A stretch of DNA of 10,766 nt from Octopus sinensis (GCF_006345805.1 NW_021827300.1:1-10766); one strand, 5' to 3'; counted from the first letter of the stretch, positions 1 through 7,929 are shown. Numbers and translations: made by a program. Notes: generated by a model from the letters alone, not told the origin.

Positions 1-288
1 ACTTTTATTTGTAAGCTTAGTACATAATTTACAGGGACGTGAACACACCAGCATCGGTTGTCAAGCGATGGTAGGGGGACAAACACAGATATACACACAC
101 ACACACACATATATACGACAGGCTTCTTTCAGATTTCGTCTACCAAATCCACTCAGAAGGCTTTGGTCGGCTCGGGGCTATAGCAGAAGACACTTTGCCC
201 AAGATGCCATGCAGTGGGACTGACCCCAGAACTACGTGGTTGGTAAGCAAGCTTCTTACCACACAGCCTCCCCTGCGCCTTGCGCCTA
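1..288 (-). mobile_element. tRNA-derived SINE, family A (head + internal CA/TA run + partial 3' module, cut by window edge)
   Basis: Minus strand has A-box-like AGGCTGTGTGG (259-269) and B-box-like GGGTCAGTCCC (216-226). 139-170 is identical over 32 bp to 5428-5459. 1-80 matches the copies at 1725-1895, 2040-2210 and 9713-9878, with an internal deletion relative to 9819-9866. Confidence 0.85.
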
Positions 289-304
289 TACCATCTTCTG
301 TAAT

Positions 305-669
305 TTTATTTATAAGTATACATATATATACATGTCTATTCATAATACATACATACATACATGCAGAGTGCATGCATGTGTATATATATATATATAATAT
401 ATATATATATTACATGGCATTATATATATATATATATATACATATATATATGCATGTATATATATATATCTAATATATATATAATATATATATAGATACA
501 TATATAATGCATATATATGTATATATATATATATATATCATGTATGTATGATATATATATATATGTATATATATTATATATATATATTGTATATATATAT
601 ACACAGACATACACACATGTTTATATAGATATATATATAATATTATATTATATATATATTATATATCTA

Positions 670-728
<59 letters not shown>

Positions 729-802
729 CTATATATATATCATACATACATACAGACACACACATATATACGAGCAAACACAGAGCACACATACATATAT
801 AT
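305..802. repeat. Long imperfect (TA)n microsatellite
   Basis: Directly visible TA dinucleotide tract with CA/TG interruptions; source of the IY-repeat ORFs. Confidence 0.97.
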
Positions 803-999
803 GATAGTGTGTTCCATAGACGGTAACCGAAAATCACGTGCCATTCAATAACGTCATGAACTCTCACCCCGCCTCTTCCCCCCTCACTCCCATGTTGCTG
901 CTCTACACCTCTATCGCTCTATCTTCACTTTCTCTCTCTCTCTCTATTTCTGTAATTCCTCCTCCTCCTTCCTCTTTCTTCTTCCTCTGACTCTCACAG

Positions 1000-1058
1000 G
1001 AGCTGATAATAATATCACAAATGAAGTCTTATGACCAGAACTGTTCGCAGGTTTCCAG
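1000..1058 (+). other. Candidate 59-nt internal exon (open frame ELIIISQMKSYDQNCSQVS)
   Basis: Long pyrimidine tract ending CTCTCACAG at 999; donor CAG|GTACGA at 1058/1059; one frame open. Peptide not recognised. Confidence 0.35.
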
Positions 1059-1127
1059 GTACGACGATTGGCATATTAGCTTTCAAACCTCTATTCACCT
1101 CCTCAATAATGCAGAATCTGATATAAG

Positions 1128-1131
1128 CACG

Positions 1132-1193
<62 letters not shown>

Positions 1194-1694
1194 CGTACAT
1201 ACAAACACACACACACACACACACACGCACACACAACCCACACACACACACACAAACACACACACGCACACACACACACACACACGTACATACAAATACA
1301 CGCGCACACACAAACACACACGTACATACACTCATACACACAAACACGCAGACACGCATACACGCACACACACGTATATACAAATACAGGAGCACACGCA
1401 CACACTCATACAATCATACATACACACGCGCAGATAGGCAAAACACACACACACACAAACAGTCATGTATATATATATATATATACACACACACTCGCAC
1501 ACACAAACAAGCTCACAAAGACACACGCGCACGTAGACACACACACACACACACACACATGAAGACAAACTCACGCGCACACACACATGCAAACACACGC
1601 GCACAGGCGCATACACATACGCACACACACAAATACAAACACACACACAAACACTAATACAAACATACAAAACACACATCTATAGCGCACACAG
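1128..1694. repeat. Long imperfect (CA)n microsatellite
   Basis: Directly visible CA tract of about 560 bp with a short TA island near 1468-1484; source of the HT/CV ORFs. Confidence 0.97.
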
Positions 1695-1724
1695 ATACAT
1701 GTTATCTTATATATGTTTTATGAT

Positions 1725-1895
1725 TTTACCTGCTTCACTCTTTGGTTATTGGAACTGTGAGCGGCCATGCTGGGGCACCACCTAGAAGGATTCTTAATCG
1801 CATAAACTGACCCCAATTTTATAAGATCTGGCCCTTATTCTGTCACGGGGACTGAAACCACCAGTTGTCAAGCGGTAGTAAGGATAGCACAAAAA
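1725..1895 (-). mobile_element. SINE family A, 3' module only (no head), diverged
   Basis: GCGGCCATGCTGGGGCAC (1761-1778) and GTTGTCAAGCG (about 1865-1875) match the copies at 9752-9771 and 57-67. Confidence 0.75.
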
Positions 1896-2018
1896 CACAC
1901 ACACACACGCACACACACACACACGCACACACACGCACACACACACACACACACAACACACACGCACACGCACACACACACACACACACACAAACATGTG
2001 TATACACATACATACATA
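1895..2018. repeat. (CA)n microsatellite between two inverted SINE halves
   Basis: Directly visible. Confidence 0.95.
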
Positions 2019-2039
2019 AATGTGCGCGCGAGCGCGTGT

Positions 2040-2210
2040 GATTTTTGTGCCGGCGTTTGTTCCACACCAACGCTTGAGAACCAGTTTTGGTGTGTTTAGG
2101 TCCTCCCGTGAGATTGCGGTTCGGCAAGGGAAACCGATGGAATAACTATTAGGCCTTAACAAAAGTGCCCCAGCATGGCCGCAGCTTAATGACTGAACAA
2201 ACAAAGAAAT
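2040..2210 (+). mobile_element. SINE family A, 3' module only (no head)
   Basis: CGCTTGAGAACC, GCGGTTCGGCAA, CCAGCATGGCCGCAG and an A-rich tail; reverse complement of the modules at 1-80 and 9713-9878. Confidence 0.8.
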
Positions 2211-2230
2211 ATATACATCTGATATATATA

Positions 2231-2274
<44 letters not shown>
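2210..2274. repeat. (TA)n microsatellite
   Basis: Directly visible. Confidence 0.95.
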
Positions 2275-2275
<1 letters not shown>

Positions 2276-2404
2276 GGAGAGTTTACGAAAAAAGCAAAAG
2301 ACGAAGACAGGTGGTGTACAAAACAAACAGATGTATTAGTATAACGCTCAGGAATAGAAAAAGGTTTTTACGTTTCGAGCCTACGCTCTTCTACAGAAAG
2401 GGAC
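2272..2404 (-). mobile_element. Penelope-like terminal segment (non-coding) running into (TA)n
   Basis: Minus strand reads hammerhead-like motif, about 95 nt of T-rich sequence, then (TA)n. This layout is known for Penelope-like element ends; the family call is an inference. Confidence 0.5.
2365..2399 (-). ncRNA. Minimal type I hammerhead-ribozyme-like motif, variant core
   Basis: Minus strand: UUU CUGUAGA A GAGC-GUAG-GCUC GAAAC GUA AAA. Perfect 4-bp stem II, palindromic ACGU stem III, GUA cleavage triplet. A6 is replaced by U and stem I is only 3 bp. Confidence 0.4.
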
Positions 2405-2437
2405 ACATGCAGTCACTTGTGTGCGCAATTTAGCAAT

Positions 2438-2580
2438 GCATAGTGAAGCGGTTAAAAGTTTGGCTTCGCAGTCACGAGGTAGCCGGGTTCGATACCATCG
2501 CCTAGTACCTTAGGCAAATGCGTTTTACCATTAGCCCCGGATAAGTAAATTTCATAAGTGAAATTGGGGAAACGAAAATC
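2438..2580 (+). mobile_element. Old SINE head, family A-like
   Basis: A box TAGTGAAGCGG (2441-2451), B box GGTTCGATACC (2486-2496), then ACCTTAGGCAAATG, similar to ATCTTGGGCAAAGTG in the reverse complement of the 1-288 copy. Confidence 0.7.
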
Positions 2581-2739
2581 TACCTCCAAAGCTCGTTGGA
2601 ACGATTGTATCTGCAATTCAAATACCCAGCATTGCCATGGGTTTTATGAAGATGATTCCACGGGAAAGTTACATTAATGGTACTCATGTCTATGGAATAT
2701 TCAACCACTTAGGTGGCGCTTAGATCAAACGTTGAGTGT

Positions 2740-3590
2740 TTTGTCATAGCTGAGAGTTAAGCGGCTTAGCTAAAATTTTGGGTTAAAAGCCATAGGGTTA
2801 AATGTCCCCATTGCAATTTAGAATTTGCTGTCTTGCTCACAAGTGAAGGTTAAGTGACTTGGTCACGATTTAGGTTTAAGTGCCTGGGACAGCGCCGAGG
2901 GTTAAATGATTTCGTCACCTTTTAAGGCTAACCGGTCACAAATTATGGTTAACTGTCAATTCTGGGTTATGGTATTTGATCACGGAGTAGGGTTTAATGT
3001 CTTGGACACAATTGAGGGTCAAATGTCTTGGTGACCCTTTAGGGTTTACTGTCTAGGTTGCAATTTAGAATTAGATGTCTTTGTAATAATTTAGGGTGAA
3101 TGTCTTGGCCACAATTAGATGTCATCATGATAATTTAGGGTTAACTGTTTTAGACATAATTTAAGGTTGAAGGTGTAGGTCACTATTTAGGGTTAAATAT
3201 TTTTGTGACAATTTAGGGTTAAGGTCTTGGTGGCAATTTAGGATTAAGAGATTTGGGAACAATTTAGGCTTAAATGACTTGATTAACATTTGTGGTTAAA
3301 CTTGGGGACAAGTTAGGGTTAACTGTTTAAGTATAATTTGGGTTAAATGTTTTGGTTACCATTTAGAGGTAAGTGTCTTGGGGTCAAAAGTAAGGTTAAA
3401 TGTCATGGTTAAAATTTAGAGTCAAGTACCTTGGTCATTAGAAAATAGGTTTGAGAATTTTGGCCATTGTTGAGAGTTATGTCTTGGTCACACTTGGCGG
3501 CTTAGTGTTTTGGCCCTAATTGAGGGCTTATTGTCTTGATTCAGGATTAAATTTATTGGGTACAGCAAGAGGTTGAATACTTTATTAAAA
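2740..3590. repeat. Degenerate 26-bp minisatellite, consensus about ACAATTTAGGGTTAAATGTCTTGGTC, roughly 30 units
   Basis: The core AG(GG) position recurs at 2989, 3015, 3041, 3067 and 3093 (exact 26-bp steps). TTAGGGTTA at 3135, 3187, 3213 and 3313. Confidence 0.9.
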
Positions 3591-3694
3591 GTTGATATGA
3601 TGTTTTTTTAGTCATCATCGAATGTTAAAACAAATTGTTTCTGGCTTCTCTCAAGTCATCAAATTCATTATGCGGCAGCATATTTTCGTATTTC

Positions 3695-3908
3695 ATAGGG
3701 CCCTCAGCCATTGAGAGTGCAAGACTCCTTCCTCAAACGGACGTCTGTCCGCCGTAGGATCAACCCGCAACTGTTAGTGCTACACATTTTCAACTGAGCG
3801 GACAAATGTAATAAGGAACGAAGTGTCTTGCTCAAGAACGCGTCACTCGTTGCAAGAACTTGACTGACGGCCGAACGATCGCAAGCTTAACACACTAACC
3901 GCTAGGCA
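3695..3908 (-). mobile_element. Old SINE, family C
   Basis: GAAGTGTCTTGCTCAAGAAC (about 3820-3839) and CTAACCGCTAGGCAC (about 3895-3909) align with 5635-5651 and 5713-5728 of the younger C copy. Confidence 0.65.
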
Positions 3909-4247
3909 CCCGATGTTCGCTGCTTAGGGTACACAATTAAGATACAGCCTTGTATCGTTAGGGAGCTCCATATTCAAACATTAAAAAAATATTTTAAAAA
4001 TTCTTCCGATCAAAGAATAAATCCAAATTTGGTAAAATAAATGTATTATAATTATATATGTATGAGTGTATAAGTGTATGGGGCGGTTAACTCCCGTGTC
4101 AGTACATAGACTTGTGCTATGTTTGTGGCTACAAGGGTCTTTGACTCTTATTTCTAGCAATGTAAGTGCTACAATACACCCTCAGTTACTACTAATGACA
4201 ACTAAATTCTTCGTTTTTGGTTTTATATTACATTTAGCCTTCATTAT

Positions 4248-4382
4248 ACATGTGTGTGTGCGTGCGTGCCTGTATTGGTGTATGGGTATGTATATGTACA
4301 ATATATGTATATATGTGTGTATATATATATATGTACAATTATATGTATATATATATATATATATAAGCGTGTGTATGTGCGT
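4248..4382. repeat. Mixed (TG)n/(TA)n microsatellite
   Basis: Directly visible. Confidence 0.85.
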
Positions 4383-4387
4383 AGGTA

Positions 4388-4470
<83 letters not shown>
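4388..4470. repeat. Perfect (CTAT)n / GATA-type tetranucleotide array
   Basis: About 20 uninterrupted units. Confidence 0.97.
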
Positions 4471-4656
4471 GATCTATCTTTCTCTGGGGTCGGTCAAATC
4501 GATACAGACACTTCTGATTAGAACCTAATGAGGTTCGAAAATCGATTTAGGCTGTTTATCATTTTCCAATTTACGAAGAAATGGTTAACCATGTTTGTAT
4601 ATCTACCACTTAAGTTTGCACGCGCACACGCACTTCTACGCGCGCGCCCACAAACA

Positions 4657-4659
4657 GTA

Positions 4660-4695
<36 letters not shown>

Positions 4696-4722
4696 TGTAT
4701 GTATGTATGTATGTATGTATGT
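4657..4722. repeat. (TA)n grading into (ATGT)n
   Basis: Directly visible. Confidence 0.95.
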
Positions 4723-4865
4723 ACCAGCATATAAGCATGCTCGTATAACACAAACTACATTTAGAGTAATCATACCCGAACATCCACACGTACATATTTA
4801 CATACATACAGCTTCGTACACACACTTCTATCTTCATAGATTACACACCTTCATGCATTCATGTA

Positions 4866-4898
4866 AACACACACACACACACACACACACACACGCGC
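4866..4898. repeat. (CA)n microsatellite
   Basis: Directly visible. Confidence 0.95.
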
Positions 4899-4946
4899 GT
4901 AAATGTACAAATACAGAGCTAAGGAAAAAATTGGCGGTAATTTAAA

Positions 4947-5300
4947 AGCATTTAAAAGTCTCAACATAATTTAGAAATTTCAACTCCTCAGAGCCCCGGA
5001 AAATAAAATAAAAAAAAAAAACTTGCGGGAAGGGCTTAAATTTCAGTTGGGACAGCATTTGAAGGTTTTAGTATAATATAGAACATTAAATGCCCAGAAA
5101 ACCCCAAAAGCAATTTTTGGGAATGGCTTTAAATTTAATTTATATTCAAAGCATTTAAGAAAACCAACATGATATAGAAAATTAACTGCTTAGAGAACCC
5201 GAAAAAGAACTTCTTTGAAAGGTTCAATTTGGGTTGGGGAAGCATCTAATAGTCTGCTCAGAGTACCCCAAATGAAACTTCTGTGCAGTGATTAAATCTA
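4947..5300. repeat. Highly degenerate ~95-bp tandem array (about 4 units; further units near 5742-5830 and 6065-6150)
   Basis: Units start AGCAT(T/C)T at 4947, 5054, 5150 and 5241. Each carries TAGAA (lost in the deleted fourth unit), CAGA/TAGA..CCC..AAA, then an AA(G)GG-type/TTAA segment. Confidence 0.65.
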
Positions 5301-5365
5301 GATTATGGTAGTTAAGTAGGTCCGCTGGGCCTTAATGTTTCGAGATCTAGTATCCATAGGACCAG

Positions 5366-5529
5366 TGGGGGAGGGGGGGGGCAAACACAGACACACACGC
5401 ACACATACACACACACACATATATACATCTACCAAATCCACTCAGAAGGCTTTGGTCGGTCCGAGGCTATAATACAAGACACTTGCCCAAGACGTCACGT
5501 AGTGAGACTCACCCCAGAACCATGTGGTT
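5366..5529 (-). mobile_element. SINE family A fragment lacking A box and 3' module
   Basis: 32-bp identity with 139-170; G-run plus CAAACACAG and CA run as at 73-110. About 24 bp present at 116-138 are deleted here. Confidence 0.85.
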
Positions 5530-5738
5530 TCCCTGGTGTGTAGGTGACCGAGACAACATTTTTCTCCTAAACGGGGTATCAGTCGATTGCAGGGATACTC
5601 GTCTACAGCTGAGCAAAGTGTAGCAACAGGAAATGAAGTTCTGCTCAAGAACACAACGCATTATCTGGTCCGGAAATCGAAACCACAATCTTACGATCAT
5701 TATGCTGACACCCTAACCACTAGGCCACGCACCTTCAC
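5526..5738 (-). mobile_element. tRNA-derived SINE family C with Meta-domain-like centre
   Basis: Minus strand has A box TGGCCTAGTGG (5717-5727) and B box GTTTCGATTTCC (5672-5683), then GTTGTGTTCTTGAGCAG and CCCTGCAATCGACTG...GAAACC, resembling the MetaSINE domain as I recall it. Confidence 0.75.
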
Positions 5739-6208
5739 AAGCTGTTAAAATTCTCAAAATTGTATAGAAATCTCACCTCTCAGAGAATCCTAAAAGGAAC
5801 CTCTGTGAAGGGCTTAACCCATATATGCCCATAAAAAAGTGAAGTCTTCAAATTTCCCTGTATTTAGATTAAATGTTATGGTAAGCTTTCACAATCTGGA
5901 AGAGAAGGACAGTTTGGAACTGTTAGCTACAGGTGTCGACTACCTACTGGACATTTCGTATGCTCAGTTAGATGTTTCTCGGCGAGTCCATGTCCAAACA
6001 AGTAGGAGCAGGTTTCGCGTTGCGAAAACACAACCAGGGGCTCATATGGGTTTTAAATCTGAGTCGAGGCAACATTTATGTCCCAAAATACAATAAAAAC
6101 CTCGCCCTTCAAAAAACCCTAAAAGGGATTCTGCGCAGTGTTTTAAGCTGGTTTCCTTTGTGATCCTTAATGTCAGATGTATGGGCATCTTAATGCCTAC
6201 TGATTCCT

Positions 6209-6209
6209 T

Positions 6210-6254
<45 letters not shown>
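6209..6254. repeat. (GA)n microsatellite
   Basis: Directly visible. Confidence 0.95.
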
Positions 6255-6340
6255 CGATGTAGCTTACAATATTCTTGAATGGATTTACAGCTTTTTTTTT
6301 TTACCAAAATTCCAGACAATGATGTGATTTTACCTTCCAG

Positions 6341-6370
6341 GTTGTATTCAAAGAATTCTTCTATGATATG
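6341..6370 (+). other. Candidate 30-nt microexon (VVFKEFFYDM or LYSKNSSMI)
   Basis: Acceptor TTTTACCTTCCAG| and donor ATG|GTACGT; length divisible by 3; two frames open. Confidence 0.25.
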
Positions 6371-6377
6371 GTACGTA

Positions 6378-6435
6378 GAAGATATGGCTGCTATTGCTGA
6401 TAGATCGAATGGTTGCGTTGAGGTTCCCTTGTTTA
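6378..6435. repeat. Dispersed repeat fragment, second copy at about 8506-8580
   Basis: GAAGAT..TGGCTGCTAT..CT..AGATCG..GAGG(T/C)TCCCT is shared by both sites in the same orientation. Confidence 0.6.
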
Positions 6436-6481
6436 TTCGAACCCTTGTTTTCGATCCATGTTAGAGATTACCGGTTTTGCT

Positions 6482-6598
6482 CTATGTATGTACGTGCGTA
6501 TGTATGTATGTATGTATGTATGTATGTATGTATGTATGTATGTATGTATGTATGTATGTATGTAGTATGTATGTATATATGTATGTGTATATGTATGT
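6482..6598. repeat. (ATGT)n array
   Basis: Directly visible. Confidence 0.95.
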
Positions 6599-6770
6599 TT
6601 CAAGAGACATTTTAAGATCCACAAGGAGCAGAACTTATCTGCAGCTCTAGGTGGTCCAAATCGCAGGTGCAATCTATGAGGGTGTCTTTTCAGGACATTG
6701 TCTGGTTCAAAAAGCCACATCAGATGCCATGATGGTTCTAAGGTGTAGGTACAGGAGGTGGTCAAACTCT
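6599..6770 (+). pseudogene. 3'-terminal fragment of an RTE-like non-LTR retrotransposon ORF with C2H2 zinc fingers
   Basis: Frame from 6599: FKRHFKIH-KEQNLSAALGGPNRR-CNL*GCLFRTLSGSKSHIRCH-DGSKV-stop (6746-6748). Exact C-x2-C-x12-H-x3-H spacing if TGA 6677-6679 was Cys. No TGEKP linker. Short 3' UTR, then a microsatellite tail. Confidence 0.65.
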
Positions 6771-6868
6771 ATGTATGTATGTATGTATGTATGTATGTAT
6801 GTATGTATGTATGTATGTATGCATGTGTGTATGCATGCATGTGTGCGTGTATGTGTGTATGTATGTAT
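6771..6868. repeat. (ATGT)n grading to (TG)n, possible LINE tail
   Basis: Directly visible; begins 22 nt after the stop codon. Confidence 0.93.
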
Positions 6869-6924
6869 GCCAGTTTTGGGTTCCATGGCGTCGGCCTATG
6901 ATTATGTTTCATCTGTCAGCCCCC

Positions 6925-7225
6925 CCCTACCATGTATGTCCCTCAAGTTTGTACTCCATGTCTGTTGTCCGTCCTTACACCCATGTGTGAGTGTTTATAT
7001 TCGTGTATGTACACTCCATGTTTTGCGCTTCATGTTTGAGGCCCGTCCATACATTTGCTCTACGCATGTATTATTATTCCTGTATACCTTTCAAATTTAT
7101 GATCCATGTTTGTTGTCCGTCTTTACACCTGTTCCCTGTGTGATTGTTATTATTCATGTATATTCTCCATGTTATTTTATTCATGTTTGTGCTTCCTGTT
7201 TCCATGTAGCCATTTGTTGGTCGTT
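6925..7225. repeat. Diverged 148-bp tandem duplication rich in CCATGT
   Basis: CCATGT(C/T)TGTTGTCCGTC(C/T)TTACACC at 6956 and 7104, with alignable flanks on both sides. Confidence 0.8.
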
Positions 7226-7464
7226 GATAAACGGTAAATCTAAAAATTCGTGGAATCTGCTTTAATCTGCTTATAAACTACTAATAAAGGGAATGCGTTT
7301 GGACTGATTAATTGGGTAATTAAGATTAACAGCTTCGGTGGCATTACAAGGACGAGAGATAAATTTCTCCCTGGAGAGGACGCCAGTTGGTTCGCAAGTA
7401 ACTTCCCTTTAACAGTTAGACAGGCTAATATTAAATTCTGTATTCGCTACCACTACCACCACGA

Positions 7465-7542
7465 GAGACGAGAGAGAGAGAGAGAGAGAGTGGGGGGTGA
7501 GATAAATAGGCAGACAGATATTATATATATATATATATATAT
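7465..7542. repeat. (GA)n and (TA)n short arrays
   Basis: Directly visible. Confidence 0.85.
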
Positions 7543-7543
7543 A

Positions 7544-7768
7544 GGCAGAAACGTTAGCACGCCGGGCGAAATGCTTAGCGGTATTTCGTCTGCCGTTACG
7601 CTCTGAGTTCAAATTCCGCCGAGGTCGATTTTGCCTTTCATCCTTTCGGGGTCGATAAATTAAGTACCAGTTACGCACTGGGTCGATGTAATCGACTTAA
7701 TCTGTTTGTCTGTCCTTGTTTGTCCCCTCTATGTTTAGCCCCTTGTGGGCAATAAAGGAAAAAAAAAA
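7544..7768 (+). mobile_element. tRNA-derived SINE family B monomer with Nin/Deu-like domain and poly(A) end
   Basis: B box GAGTTCAAATTCC (7605-7617). GCCTTTCATCCTTTCGGGGTCGATAAATTAAGTACCAG (7633-7670) resembles the Nin/Deu domain as I recall it. Closely matches 10012-10195. Confidence 0.9.
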
Positions 7769-7784
7769 TATATGTGTATATGTG

Positions 7785-7828
<44 letters not shown>

Positions 7829-7829
7829 C

Positions 7830-7865
<36 letters not shown>

Positions 7866-7868
7866 GAG

Positions 7869-7926
<58 letters not shown>
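7785..7926. repeat. Compound (CT)n-(AT)n-(AG)n microsatellite
   Basis: Directly visible. Confidence 0.97.

Positions 7927-7929
<3 letters not shown>

Noticed and set aside
1000-1058. In-frame TGA in GADNNITNEVL*PELFAGFQ read as selenocysteine or an ankyrin repeat
   Set aside because: No known selenoprotein motif, no SECIS visible, another frame is fully open, and the ankyrin likeness is only a few residues.
2438-2500. tRNA gene
   Set aside because: A and B boxes are present but there is no acceptor stem or cloverleaf, and it continues into SINE body sequence.
2740-3590. CRISPR array or coding repeat
   Set aside because: Eukaryotic context, no repeat-spacer alternation, and a 26-bp period with many stops.
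6599-6748. Host C2H2 zinc-finger gene exon
   Set aside because: No TGEKP linker, an internal stop at a zinc ligand, no acceptor site, and microsatellite on both sides. Not fully excluded without a search.
7506-7549. ATAGGCAGA duplicated around (TA)n as a TSD
   Set aside because: Both copies lie on the same side of the SINE, and GGCAGA is part of the SINE itself.
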